Shown here in pieces: positions 25,476 through 37,744 of a stretch of DNA of 64,000 nt. Each line of letters begins with the position of its first letter. The stretch's first letter is position 1. Origin of the DNA: Stegostoma tigrinum (Eukaryota). The stretch lies in NCBI RefSeq assembly GCF_030684315.1, contig NC_081369.1, forward strand, positions 2,718,689-2,782,688, written 5' to 3'. Position numbers and translations under genes: made by a program. The notes beneath the pieces are model-generated. The model was not told the DNA's origin, searched no databases, and saw nothing but the letters and a program-made list of their open reading frames with translations.

Positions 25476-25530
25476 ATGTTTGTAAGTGGGTCACTGTGGA
25501 ACTTATGTTTTCTGTGCATTTCATATCCAG
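25476..25530 (+). pseudogene. Copy 1 leader exon MFVSGSLWNLCFLCISYP
   Basis: 55 nt from ATG to a phase-1 donor G|GTACAC. Same length and donor context as the copy 2 and copy 3 leaders. Confidence 0.8.
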
Positions 25531-25858
25531 GTACACGCTCTTTCTTGCAGTGTTTGAATTTTTTTATCAAGACGGAAGAATAATTGAACTGATATTTGAC
25601 GGATGATCGGGCACTTTTTTTCGTATGTTTTTCACGTCAGATTTCATTGTCCCAAGAATCCTCTGGATAAGTGAAAACAATATTTGCATAGTTCAGTTGG
25701 GGCAGAAATTCAGACAGTGGAGGAGAATTCAAAGAGCAAAACATGCTAAATTGCTACCATATGAATGTATTAAATTAATTATGTTACTTCACGTTGCTGC
25801 TGATGTTCCTTGTTTAAGCATTATGTATATATATATCCTATTTATCTTTTGTTAACAG

Positions 25859-26170
25859 TTGCTTTGTGCACTTCGGACAATGTCATACCGGAGTTTAGGC
25901 AAATCAAGACCATGATAAATACAACAGCTATCATGCGATGCCATTTCTCCTTCGAAGTCAACCATTCAAACGCAGATGTGTTCTGGTACAGATAAGGCAG
26001 TGAGACGCTTCTAAAGGAAGGCAGAAGAATACTCTTCAATGTAAAGAGAGGGGGAGCCTACCTTCATCTCTTTAATGTGACTGTCCTAGACGCTGGCACA
26101 TATTACTGTAGAGTCAAAAATCAGCATCAAACGTTCTCAGGGAAACAAGCTACACAACTTGTTGTCTACG
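25859..26170 (+). pseudogene. Copy 1 V-set exon with germline G strand
   Basis: ..TAIMRCHFSF..DVFWYR*GSETLLKEGRRILFNVKRGGAYLHLFNVTVLDAGTYYCRVKNQHQTFSGKQATQLVVY. Cys, Trp and DxGxYxC motifs. AACAG acceptor, G|GTAAGT donor, phase 1/1. Confidence 0.92.
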
Positions 26171-26870
26171 GTAAGTGTCACCGCAGCAAACGTGAAGTTT
26201 TGGTTCCGTTGAAGAGTGAATGCGAGTTGGCAGTTTCATTTCCATAAATATAGACAAAGAATATAAAATCGCTCACTTCTTCGGAATGTCTTGTTCACTA
26301 ATGTGGTAAAAGAAGAAATCATCACCAGCGACAGGACACAGTTCAGCAACTGTACTGTATCAGCAAAAGGTATTTAATTTTGTTTTGCATCGAAAGCTAA
26401 TGCAAAACTTCCAAGTGAAGCACTTTTTTTACAATCTAAGCATGGAGTAACAGAGCGAATTGTCCAGAGGTTATTGGCAATATTAAGCCCGTTAAATGTC
26501 ATTTTATTTTCAATTTGAAAAGCCAAGTTCCTATTCCCCTTGTTTGGACTGCGACCGTCTCAATGCCTGCAATCCAGTTCCCAAACTGCCAATTGCGAGG
26601 AGTGTACAATATGAAAGTTCAAACATATTTGCATTAATTAATATGGGCACAAAGTAGTATTCAATTTTGCAGAATATGCAAGTGATGTAACAATTGCATT
26701 AGGAGGTCCCGACGTGATAAAGGTAACAGCAACCCCTACCAGTGTAAATAGCAACAATCAATGCAGCTGCGATACCCAGAATTAACAATTGGTTCGTTCA
26801 TTAAATCGTTTCATTTTGGAATAAAAGTCTAATGTTCACATGTATTCAAATGTTGTTATTTACAATTCAG

Positions 26871-27176
26871 CTTCACCAGCTCCCCTGAAAATTGCATCGA
26901 TCCACTCCAAAGACCCTTCACCTGCTTCTTTCAAGCTGCAATGTAGGACATCTGGCTTTTATCCGGAAGACTTTAAACTTATTTGGTACAGAAACGGTGC
27001 ACAAATCTTCACTGGATTTAGAAATGTACAGCAGGCAAAAGGCGAGGCACTTTCTGAAGTGGTCAGTTCCCTGGACGTGCCAAATATACCCGAAAGTAAT
27101 ACAGTCTACATGTGTCAAGTCTATCACGTTTCGATCTCATTTCCAGTAAATGCCAGCTACACTGTTACAAAAGAAG
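26871..27176 (+). pseudogene. Copy 1 C1-set exon (reading frame intact)
   Basis: FKLQCRTSGFYPEDFKLIWYRNG...VVSSLDV...VYMCQVYHVSI. C1 signatures CxxxGFYP and YxCxVxH. TTCAG acceptor, G|GTAAGA donor. Confidence 0.95.
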
Positions 27177-27346
27177 GTAAGATTCTATGCCACGTTGTAC
27201 GGTAATCTTTTAGACATTGTTTTAAAAGTTTGCCGAACTTCGAAGAGATTACTGCAGTCAATTCCCTCTGATTATAGCCATCCTGAAATTTGATACTGTT
27301 GTCTGGTTAAAGCTTTCCTTTCTTCAGGGGTGGAGTGGACTTGTTG

Positions 27347-27708
27347 GGCGGCACGGTGCGTCAGTGGTTAGCACTGCAGTCTCACAGCGTCCGGGGCCGG
27401 GGTTCGATTCCAGCCTCGGGCGATTGTGTGTGTGGAGTTCGCACATTCTCCCCGTGTCTGTGTGGGTTTTCTCCGGGTGCTGCGGTTTCATCCCACAGTC
27501 CAAAGATGTCCTCGCTCGGTGCATCGGCTATGCTAAATTTCCCGTAGTGTTCAGGGGTGTGTGGGCTAGAGGGGGCTTGGTTCTGGGTGGGATGCTTCAA
27601 GGGGCGGGGTGTGTGGGCTAGAGGGGGCTTGGTTCTGGGTGGGATGCTTCAAGGGGCGGTGTGGACTTGTTTGGCCTAAGGGCCTGTTTCCCCACTGTAG
27701 GGAATCTA
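27347..27708 (+). mobile_element. HE1-type V-SINE with an exact 52-bp tandem duplication (27554-27605 / 27606-27657)
   Basis: gggcggcacggtgcgtcagtggttagcactgc head, V core and a directly visible repeat. Confidence 0.9.
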
Positions 27709-28084
27709 GTCTCATCATTAGGCTTATTCCGAATGTGTTGTCAGGTGAGGTATTGCCAAAAGCGAATATTCGCCATTGAGAGGTCCCATAATTTTAATAA
27801 AAAGCAGAATGCTGCAATTCATTTCAGAAGATACGTTCAGGGTTAAATTCAATACCTGGATACGTTGAAGAGGGAAAACGAGATAGAGACGAAAATCAGT
27901 CAATAAATGTCGAGGTGGAAAAACACAGTTGGTCAGAGAGCATTCAAGGTGCAGGAAAGTCAATGTTTCAGGCTGAAGTGTTGAGTTTCCTGCTCTTGGG
28001 ATGCTGTCTGACTCGCTGTGCTTTTGCAGCTCCACATTTATTGATTCTAGCTTCCAGCATCTACAGTCGTAACTTTCTGAGAGA

Positions 28085-28570
28085 TGAATATCATCATGGT
28101 GTATAGCCCAGAAACAGACCTTTGGTCCATTGGGTGTAGCCCATCTATTTAAGAGGAAAGGTTAAAATACACAGGTCACACTTTCCAGTACTTGGCACAC
28201 AGCCTTGAATGTTGTGAAGTTTTCATTGCTCGTCCACGTCCATTCCTATTTCTACCTTGCTCTACCCTCCCAGGTAGTGAATTCCTGACGCCCGACATCC
28301 TTCCCCATTTCGTTCTAAATCTCTTGCCTTTCCCTCCACAAATTATGACCTCACGCTATTCACCCTTCAACTAAAGAGAACAATTGCTTTTCATCCACCC
28401 TGTCAATGCCTTCATCATCATGTGCACCTCAATCAGGCCTCACCCCAACCTTCTGTGCTCTAAAGAAAACAGTCCGTGCTTCTCCAGAAATTTCAAAGCT
28501 CAAATGTTCCTAACCAGACAGCACCCTGGTAAATCTCCGCTGCACTCTCCCCAGTGCTATCAAATCTTTC
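28085..28570 (-). mobile_element. CR1 3' fragment split by the provirus (continues at 33827 to about 33960)
   Basis: ...ctctccccagtgctatcaaatctttc joined to ccttcctatagagtcgtgactagaaccgcacacagtattc reconstitutes the CR1 consensus. Confidence 0.8.
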
Positions 28571-29223
28571 CGTTTTGTTAGGCCTATAGTGTGTAACGGA
28601 TTATTTTAAGGTCTGATGGAAATGATTACAAGAAGACAAACAGATTCATTATTTCGCTAATTTATTCAGTTAATACTTCATGCTTATATGAATTAATAGT
28701 CGACATTTTAAATTATGGACATGTATTAAAGTTAAGAGGATAGGTTAAAACACTCAGATATATGTTTAAAAAGTGATTCTCACACTGCCTTTCGGACTCG
28801 GCGGGGACTTTGGCGATGATAGCACTTGGAACTCTATCTCAGGTTCCACGGTGCCCGTCTCACGAACTCCAGCCCAAAGCTGAAAATCCAATGACTGGGT
28901 CAACGTCCCCAATATTAATACTGTTTTGAATGTACTATTACACGCTTTGTCACCATTTCATAAGACGTGCAGTACTGTCCCCGGTATTCCACTGTGCAGA
29001 AAAGAAGCTGAAAAACATCTTCCAGATGGCTCCTTTTTCACTGCATGTCACTGTTTCCCACCCAATGTCATGCAGTTACGTCTGAGTCAAAGAAGGCCGT
29101 TTTTACGCTAAAACTATCATTTTCCACTTGTTTTCAGTTGCTGAATTCCGCGTCCAATTAACTCATTAATGGTTAGCCCTGAATGGTCTGGTTTGAAGAT
29201 GTCAATTCTAAGTCGACATTACA
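28571..29223 (-). repeat. 3' LTR of provirus B
   Basis: Homologous to 32993-33826 and ends ..CATTACA on the plus strand. The adjacent caacaccc is a degenerate PPT (GGGTGTTG on minus). Confidence 0.78.
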
Positions 29224-29599
29224 CAACACCCAGTGATGTCTTCAAAATAGATTATCAAAACCTTATACAAGCACGTACATGCTGGTCGTCAGCTCCAAGT
29301 TCTTTATACATGCGGTATAGTTTACAGGCCATTATACATGTACATAAAGACTAGAAACAAACAGTTTACAATAATGTAAACAACTGGATACCATAAAAGT
29401 TAGCGTACTGCTGAAACTTTTGGTGACCACCTGTTAAATATGACCCACTAATGATACATAGTAAGGGTTCCTACGTTGTCAACTTTGTGAATCAATTGAT
29501 CGCAGCTTTGTTATGGCAGTTCCTTGCTATAAGAAGCCGTGGTGTAATGTTGTCAAGTAAGAACTGATCTGCTGGTGCTCTGGCAAGGAAAGCCTGCCA

Positions 29600-30830
29600 C
29601 TTCTAAAATATCACATGTGTGGGTGCTATGAGCAAACTTCTGAACCCTGTCGCTCAAAAACCAATTGCTGAATCTCTACGGGCTAATGGTTTTCCCCCCA
29701 CAGCAAGTAGTTTAATACCTTTCTCAGTAACTTGCCTAGCTTTAGCAATACTAGTTTATAGAGTCTCAATACCCACGGAAGTTAACAAATCTATTCTCGC
29801 CTCTGCTCAGCCTAGAATAGTGACGAGTACATTTTCCCTGCCTCGCCTCTGTAACGTTGACCGCGTGCACACCGAGCGGCAATGCGAAGGTTATTTATTA
29901 CTCTTCGTTAGCTCTGCTGTCACGTTTTAAACAATATCCGGCTTGGAGTGCAAGTGTCATACAACTGCTGAAGATGGGGAACTGTGCAACACTTAATGGA
30001 GCTGAATTCATGGCCCACATAACTATCCCCAAGATGGTTTACGTCCCTTTATCTCTGTCGTAATTTGACACACCAGCTGATCATCCCGCATATCAGCCAC
30101 TGCAGGGTAATACCTCTCTCAGGAGCTGTTTCTCAAAAGTCTTAGTAAGAAACAAGTTCTGTGGTGAGGTGTAATTAGGTTAAGTGAGGCACATGCCTTC
30201 TCCAATAACCTAACATCGCCACAAAGCTTTGGGTCATAAGAGGTTTGAGCCTGAACCTCACTGATGTTATTTCTCACATTATCTGAAATTACATCCTCTC
30301 CCCTGTCCATTGTATACTCAGCAAAATAACACACCGGCTTGGTCTCTGCATTTTCTTAGGATTAATTTCCCAGCCTTTATTCCGTAGGTGCTGAGTTAAA
30401 GTAGCCGTGTCTTCTGCTGTTGCTTCCTCTGAAGGGCCATGTAGCAATGTATCATCAAAATAAAGGGCTGTTATATCGCTGGGGAGAGGGAACATCTCCA
30501 GATCCTGGCTATTAAACCATGGTAGAAAGTTGCACTGTTCAAGTCGCCCTGCAGAACCTACAAACTGAGTGTCCTCCGCCCTCACTCGTGAAAGCAAACT
30601 GATTCTGTGAATTCTCATCAAGGAAATGAAAGCATTAGTTTGGTAGATTCTGGCAAACCATTCATCATCTCCCAATGACTGTTGCTCCAGTAATATTACA
30701 ATCTCTGGGAGAGCCGATGGCCAACGCTGCGATGTGTTAGTTTAACCGTCAGTCAATGGCCGCCATTCTCCAGTTACCAACCGGTTTCTGTACTGACCAT
30801 ACAAGGCAGGTATACAGGAAGACAGCAGAT
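29600..30830 (-). pseudogene. pol: pol remnant (RT and RNase H)
   Basis: DITALYFDDTLLHGPSEE..LTQHLRNKGWEINPKKMQRPSRCVILLSIQW matches the class III RT pattern YIDD..RGWEINPxKIQGP..FLGxQW. Confidence 0.85.
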
Positions 30831-31499
30831 CATACAGCTTTTCCTGTCACTGACCCTTCAATCGTATCTGCGATATCCTTATGTCCTCAATACTGCTCAC
30901 CGTTAACAATTCGTGAAGGAATGGAATGTATTGGGGTTCCCACTTAGCTTTCCCAACTACCACATTCATCACCATTCATACACCAAAACAAGACTTTCCT
31001 ACTTCGGTTCATACTTCCATCCCCCTCACAACATCCATCAGCATAATATTTTTACTTATGCTGCATATTAACACAGATACCATCCGCGGTGGTCTATTCT
31101 CCATTACCAATCGCACCAGTGCCCGTCCCGCCGGTGTTTCTGCTTTCTCAAATCTATTCATCATCGTCTTACTTCCCGCGTGTCGGGAAGATAGCAAGCC
31201 AAGCTACAATGTGCTGTTTATTCCCATTTTTCCAATGAATTGTGACACTGAGTCGACTCCCCCTTTTGATCACACCTCAGTGTCCCGGCCACTTACCCAG
31301 TGGAGGGAAGAGGCTTCAGAATCAGAATTGGGGTCTCACACCATGGGAGGGGTCAATGTCCCGTTTGGTCCCTTACCGGACTTACAAATCTTCTTCCAGA
31401 GGGAACATATAACACTGATGGTGATACCATGTATTTTCTGTCTATTTCAGACCTGTCTGTGCCTGCTTTCCGTAAAACGGTAAACATTTCATTTTGCTG

Positions 31500-32350
31500 A
31501 CTTTCCCCATTCGCTTCCCGTCCTTCCCTGGGTTTCCCTTGTTACCATTCTCCTGCATGAGCTTGGCGCACTTCCGTATCCACTTACTGTCCAAACAACA
31601 TTACAACTTCACCGCCTGGTCGGCCCTGAGCTCGCCCCAACATTGCTAGCAGCGTCCCTCTGAGATGACTTGGTCCAATGTGCATGAGCTGGATTCTCAT
31701 TCGAGTCGTGAAAGCTTCTTGGTCCATCCCTGGAAATTGTTCGTGTCCAATCCCATTAGTGCAGCGAACTCTGGAATCGGGCTCTTCCCTTGTGATCTTG
31801 TCCGCCACCAGACAGCTTCCTGCTCCCATTACATGAAAGGTCCGGATACTTAGCTCTCACTGCTATGCGTATCCATGCAGCTCATGCTTCTGTTCCCTGT
31901 GTTCCATGTAGAGCATTCTGTGCAGCTGTGTATTTCGACAAGGCTCCTCATCATTGAGAGAAACATGAGATGCCACGGAGTCCCAGAGCCGGGTTATCCA
32001 AGCTCCCAGTGCCCTGCTTTCTGCAGGGAGATTTTCCCCCAAATCCTGCAATTCTGACAGTGGTAATCCCGCATAATGCGAGCATGCTGTGGGCGGTCTG
32101 CTGGCCGTGTCCCCTTAGCAGTGTTAGTTACTAGCGGGCGCGCTGACACTCCTCCCCAACAGTCTGCACGTGCTGCAAATCGGATGAATATGAGTCCCAG
32201 TGATTGGAGACCAGTTGAAGTTAATAAAAACGGCACTTCAGCTGGATTCACTTTCCATTTTTTTGCGGCTCTCCCACTTTTTGTGCTGTAATGTGGCCAT
32301 TTTGCAGGTTTTACAGTTTGACTGTTCTTACCAGCCCGGCAGTTACACAC
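31500..32350 (-). pseudogene. gag: gag remnant
   Basis: LGAWITRLWDSVASHVSLNDEE and DQEAFTTRMRIQL..P..LRGTLLAML resemble ERV-L-type gag blocks (WxLRxWD). Confidence 0.65.
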
Positions 32351-32972
32351 ACCATTGTTCTGCCCTTCTCACACTCGGATCACTTAATCTGCACAATCCT
32401 TTCTCCCCCCGCACTCCAAACCTCCCCCCCACCCCCAACCAACAACCACCATTGTATACATAGTGCCCCCTAAAGACTTCACCAGCTCTGGTGAAGGGTC
32501 GTCTCGACCCGAAATGTTAACTTGCTCTCTCTCCATGGATGCTGCCTGACCCGCTGCGATTCCCACTACTTTTTGCTTTCATTCCAGCCTTAACGAGCCT
32601 GATTCTACTCGGCTTTATCTGCTCTTTCCTGAGCCGTCCGAGCCACCCTCGCCAGCGCAGCGGACAATGTCCCTTTTGCCTCCTTTCAATCTCGCACTTC
32701 CCGGGGCAGCATACGGGAGGCCGCTCAGCAGGATCCACCTCATGTGGGTAACACCCTTGGTTTACTTTGGGAAACCTATTTCTCCGAGACAGTCCTTCCT
32801 GGCACCGAGTCATCCCTTGGGATTCTGCTCCTAATCCCTTTCCCAAAACTAAGTGGTCCTGCCGCAGATAACTAGTCACTAACTCAGGGAACCAATGATT
32901 ACAGGACCATCCCGGGAGACAGAACGCTTCCAGAGCCAAAATATCCTTCATTTTCTTCAACATTTTGCTCAG

Positions 32973-32990
32973 ACTCTGCACACAGCACCA
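32973..32990 (-). promoter_or_regulatory. Primer-binding site, tRNA-Ser-like
   Basis: Minus strand TGGTGCTGTGTGCAGAGT, 2 nt from the LTR end. 14/18 match to the complement of vertebrate tRNA-Ser(CGA) as recalled (TGGCGCTGTGAGCAGGAT). Copy A retains GCGAGCAG at the same place. Confidence 0.65.
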
Positions 32991-32992
32991 AA

Positions 32993-33826
32993 TGTATTGT
33001 TCAGGTGCTAGTATCTAACTGGCTTTTTTAAATTCTGGTCAAAATAATTACTGGTGTATTTCAATATGTACAATGTATTGAGCTAAAATACTTGATACAT
33101 AACTGAATTACAACTGAGAAGCAGTGAAAACTGGCGAAGTTGGAGTCATAGATAACACAGTGTGGAGCTAGATGAACACAGTAGGCCAGGCGGCATCAGA
33201 AGAGCAGGAAAGCTACTTTTCGGGTCAGGACCCTTTTTCAGAAGTGAATTTCTGAAGAATGGCTCCGACGGAAGCATCAGCTGTCCTGCTCCTCTGATGC
33301 TGCCTGGCCTGCTGTGTTCATCTAGCTTCACATTGAATTACACCCTTTCGTTTACACTACACGTATATTAAAGCCAACCGGTAACGTTAACCTACTAAGA
33401 TATATATTAAGCATGTGAGTTTCACACTGCCTTTCCGCTCCCCGGGGACTTAGGCGATGTCAGTACCTGGAGCTCTCTCTCCAATTCCACTGCGCCTGCC
33501 TCACTCCCAATAGTGAAAGTCCAATGAGTGGGGCACAGTCCCTGATATGAAACCTGTTTTGAATCTAATGTTACATACTATTTCACAGTTTGGTCGTATT
33601 TTCAACGCTTTTCCACGCATTCCACTGCGCAATAACAGGTTAAAACACTTTCAAGGTGGTTCTTTTTTAATTGCATAATATTGTTTCCCTCCAAGCCGAA
33701 AGATGCTGTTTTGCAGTAACCTAGTAATTTTCTACTTGTTTTCAATTGCACATTGTCGTGTTCAATTAACCCTGAACGAATCATTCTCACCGTCTGTTTT
33801 GCAGATAGTTTTAAGCCAACACTACA
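32993..33826 (-). repeat. 5' LTR of provirus B (Penelope-derived insert at about 33113-33333, TSD TGAATTACA)
   Basis: TGTA...TACA termini, homologous to the 3' LTR. Confidence 0.8.
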
Positions 33827-34131
33827 CCTTCCTATAGAGTCGTGACTAGAACCGCACACAGTATTCCCGCTGTGGACTAGGTCCTAAAACTCCAAAGTAA
33901 CCTCTCCCCTCTTATAATCTGTACCATTCCAGACAAAAACATGTGCCCTGTATGTTTCTCTGTGGCTCAGCTGAACAAAGAGACTGCAACATTGAAATTC
34001 TGAGACTTTATGTACTCTTTGTATCGGATATGCAAGACTGTACAATTGACAATGATAGACATGACATTTAAACCTGTATATTTACAGCTTCTGTTCTAAT
34101 TCCTAATTTTGAATTTATATTCACATTACAG

Positions 34132-34245
34132 ATTCTGCTTCTAAAATCAATATTACTATGGCTGCTACTGGTGCTCTTCGTGTACTTGTAATTCTCATAT
34201 TGACAGTGATGATTGCCAAAGGGGTTCTGATCTTTATCTCTAAAG
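34132..34245 (+). pseudogene. Copy 1 TM exon (D)SASKINITMAATGALRVLVILILTVMIAKGVLIFISK
   Basis: TTACAG acceptor, AAG|GTATGA donor, phase 1/1, hydrophobic stretch. Homologous to 4213-4326. Confidence 0.85.
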
Positions 34246-34661
34246 GTATGAACAGGATAGAAATGATACACTGAAATTAGTGTATTTGGGAGCTGAATTT
34301 CTGAATTGTACAATTTAAATGACGATTTTATGTGAAACCTCTTTCAAACATATACCTTGCTTCACATCAAGTATGGAGTAAGAAGATTTGAAGTTTCAGT
34401 TTGAGAAATTGGATGAGTGCAGGTCAAAATTGTATTGATGAAATTCATTGCTGAAAGAATTTTCTGTTGCTTCAACTCAGAAAACATAAATTCAAAGCAT
34501 CTGTGTGTAACATTTAGAGCTCTATTGCTGAACTGTTGTTCCTGTTGCATCCTGTTTATAAACACTGATTAGTATTCGAATTGTTTTTGGTTTCGTTATT
34601 TTGCTTATGCGTACAAATTCAGCCTTTATTGTTGGTGAGTAATGTCATTTTTATTTCTCAG

Positions 34662-34707
34662 GTAGGAGAAAGAAAAATCAATCAATCGAACTCAGTATGA
34701 AGATATG
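34662..34707 (+). pseudogene. Copy 1 short cytoplasmic exon (..EKSINRTQYEDM in the frame compatible with the next exon)
   Basis: Pyrimidine-rich TCTCAG acceptor and ATG|GTGAGG donor. Entering the YEDM frame from the TM exon needs a 1-nt shift. Confidence 0.55.
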
Positions 34708-36021
34708 GTGAGGCCAATTTCCTTCATTGTGTTTATTTTAATTTTTAAGTCTATTTGAACAAGTTGAGCTGAGAACACAAACGTGTATTCCTAACATTTC
34801 AGGAAGAGTCTTGAACGTTTCATCAGCTCTCAAAAACACAGCATCAGCTGAATAAAAGCACAATAAAGAAAATAGAATGTAATCAGAAGTTTCACGAACT
34901 TGCAACTGTTTCAAATTGTCAAACATAGCTGCCAAGTCGCCTTGAGTTCTGTTTTCATTCGCACTAACCAAGTGACAGCATACTGAATAATTTTGCTACA
35001 TTGGTTACAGACATTATAATCAATGTTGGTTAAATTGGGCTGATGACTGTTTGAATGGTAGGTTCCCAGGTGCAAGTAGCAATGAATCCTCCTCCCCACC
35101 CCCCTTCCTTTCTACGCTATTCCAAATTAACTCATGCATTAGTCTGAGTTTGGTGATTTTGTCTGACTTCTACCAAGCGACTCTACCAAAGAGCTCAATA
35201 TGCAGACAGCTTGCAAAAGTTGGCTTCTTTAGAAAGCTTTTTATTGTAGGCTGTCTCGCAGTTCGTGCAACGTGCTTCAGCACCATGCAATCTTGGAAAA
35301 CAAATAATCAAGCTGGTGGAGTGATGCAACCCTCTCTCATTTTTAATTTTCAACATGTGACTGTCAGTGACATGTGAGAGGCAGCTCCATGTCTGTGGCA
35401 CCTGAAAAAGAGCAGGAGGGACTTATTCAGAAAAAAATTTTTGGCAAAAGTTGAAATCTTTGGTTGATCACACCAAGGGACACAGCACAATTACACATAT
35501 TTATTCTTGTTTACAGTTGAATGCAGAGTATACCAGCAGATTGCCTCTTTAAATGCATTTTAAAGCAGTTAAAGTCTTTAAATCAAATGGACCACTTTCT
35601 TATCTCTGTTTCAATGGTGGATCTGAATTTGCTTTTAAAAAAAAACTTCATTCTCCTTCGTTGAGTAGAATGCTGCAAAAAATACTCGACTCTTTCATTG
35701 CATCTGATACCTGCAGCTCCTCCCTGACAGCAATGTTGCTAAATGATCTGGACTGCAGTCAAGAAAGCTGGTATGCTGCTGGGCTCTTGACAGGATGCAA
35801 TTATTGGCACCAAATACTGGCCTTGTCACTGACGTTCACATCCTATTTAAAAATAGTATATTGTGCAAAATAGACCCACTTACATGCTGTAGCTGCAGCA
35901 AAATTTAAATTCCTTTCTTGGAGGTCTTCAAAAAATTATGCCAAAGAATTTACTCCAATACTACACGTCTTTCTGTGAAAATGTTGCAGCTGCACTGGTG
36001 TAGGTGACAGAATAAAGCCCT

Positions 36022-36049
36022 CTGATGAAGGGTCTAGGCCCGAAACGTC
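36022..36049 (+). ncRNA. Minimal hammerhead ribozyme motif (Penelope type), best-preserved copy
   Basis: CTGATGA-A-GGG(TCTAGG)CCC-GAAAC-GTC: catalytic core, 3-bp helix II, palindromic ACGT in place of helix III, GUC cleavage triplet. Confidence 0.7.
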
Positions 36050-37503
36050 AGCTTTTGTGCTCCTGAGATGCTGCTTGGCCTGCTGTGTTCATCCAGCTCC
36101 ACACTTTGTAATTTTGGATTCTCCAGCATCTGCAGTTCCCATTATCACTCCTCTGATGTACAGATGCTTTGTTCAGCCTGTGTTTTATTGTTTCACGAAC
36201 TGTGGATCAGATGGAAAGAGAAAAAAAATCTATGATTGAGAATTACCTCACAGATGACCAAAGAGTCCATTTTAGAGCCCTGAAATATTGCAGTTAACGT
36301 TTTAGACAAAAGTCACATTTTTCATTGACACTCACCTGATCATTTTCCTTCCTAAAGAATTGACACTTTTCTGACTTAATACATCAATAATTTACTTTGA
36401 ACATATGATCTGGCATCAGGTATACCTTGTGAATCCTTTGAAAGCATGTTGTACCTTCGTCTTCACTTCACACTTCGACACCTTTATTTATGACCGTTTA
36501 GATGGCCCATTGAAATAATTACCTTTCCTATCCAGAAGGGACCAAGGTGATTCTAAAATTAATTTTCTAATTGCATTGTTAAGGACAGTTATTCCTTCTG
36601 TCTAATTGACCTACTAATGTTACAAATTTGAGGTGAGGGAAAGGTTAGCCAAATCCTGCATCATCTATCATCCAAATGAAAGACATTCGTAACAAAAGCA
36701 GAAATTGCTGGAAAAGCCCAACAGGTCTGGCAGCATCAGGGAAGAGAAATCAGAGTTAATATTTCAAGTCGAGTCACCCTTCCTCAGATCGATGTTGCTA
36801 ATATATTTCAAATAGTCGCCACTTATTATTTTAGTATGAAGCAGCGGGAACTGAGACTTTTTATATCATTATTATATAAAGACAAAATTATTTTTGCCTT
36901 ATTTAATAAACGTTACTGCATGTTCAATTTGTAACACAATGTATTGGAACAGGAATTCACCTCTCAGAATTCAAAAACCTAATTACATTGAACTGATGAA
37001 TGCACTTTTCAGCAGAGCACTGCACCATTTCCCCGGTAACTTTACATTAAAATTATATCAACATTTATAGTTTTGAAAGGTAATGTTTACTTGTGATTAA
37101 GTGGATATTCCAGGCAAGGAACAGTTCAGAGTAAGAAACTGTAAAGTTTAATGATTGTAACGAAGTGTTAGCAAAGCCAGTACAACAAGCTATAGCAACA
37201 AATTACTGCAGATACTGAAAACAACAAAGGCTGGAGACCACAGCAGATCAGACAGCATCCACGGTGAGAGAGCAAGCTAAAATTTTGAGTACTGGTGGCT
37301 TTTTATCAGAGCCCAGATGAAGGGTCATTTAGTCTGGAAATATTCGCTTGCTCTCCCTCTGCATGGGAATTGTTTGACCTGCTGTGATCTCCTGCAGTCG
37401 TTGTTTTCAGTATAACGAACCAATTGTTCATGTCAAGAATGCACAATTGACTTTTTACTCCAAAACAAAATAATCAAACGAATGATTAATCTTGACTTTG
37501 AAG

Positions 37504-37612
37504 AGAAAACGAGAGATGTCTGAGGATAAGGGGACTTTTGCAGCTCTTGATCAAGTTGGTTCTAAGGATGACTTAATATCTAAACAACAGGAAGAAATCA
37601 CAATCTCTCAAG
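37504..37612 (+). pseudogene. Copy 1 cytoplasmic exon RKREMSEDKGTFAALDQVGSKDDLISKQQEEITISQ
   Basis: AG acceptor, AAG|GTACAT donor, open frame. GTFAAL and ITISQ look like Tyr-less ITIM relics of the last-exon motifs. Confidence 0.6.
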
Positions 37613-37744
37613 GTACATTAAAGATCATATGTGTCAATAATAAGTTTGTTTCTCATAATGAGTTGATTTTGAGCTGATCTTTGCATAGTTTTCATCTCGA
37701 ATGATTTAAGTGAATGGTAATTCTACTTCAATGTTGTTTTTCAG

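Larger units (their letters stand above)
28571..33826 (-). mobile_element. Class III (ERV-L/ERV-S-like) provirus, copy B: LTR-PBS-gag-pol(RT, RNase H)-LTR, internally deleted, no env seen
   Basis: Two homologous LTRs, imperfect 5-bp TSD (CTTTC / CCTTC), PBS, and gag and RT motifs. Confidence 0.88.

Noticed and set aside
26840-27205. Immunoglobulin or TCR constant-region gene
   Set aside because: The exon is C1-set, but its context is a single joined V exon with no J/RSS array and an ITIM-type multi-exon tail, unlike Ig or TCR.
27347-27420. tRNA gene
   Set aside because: This is the tRNA-derived head of an HE1/V-SINE, continuous with the SINE core.
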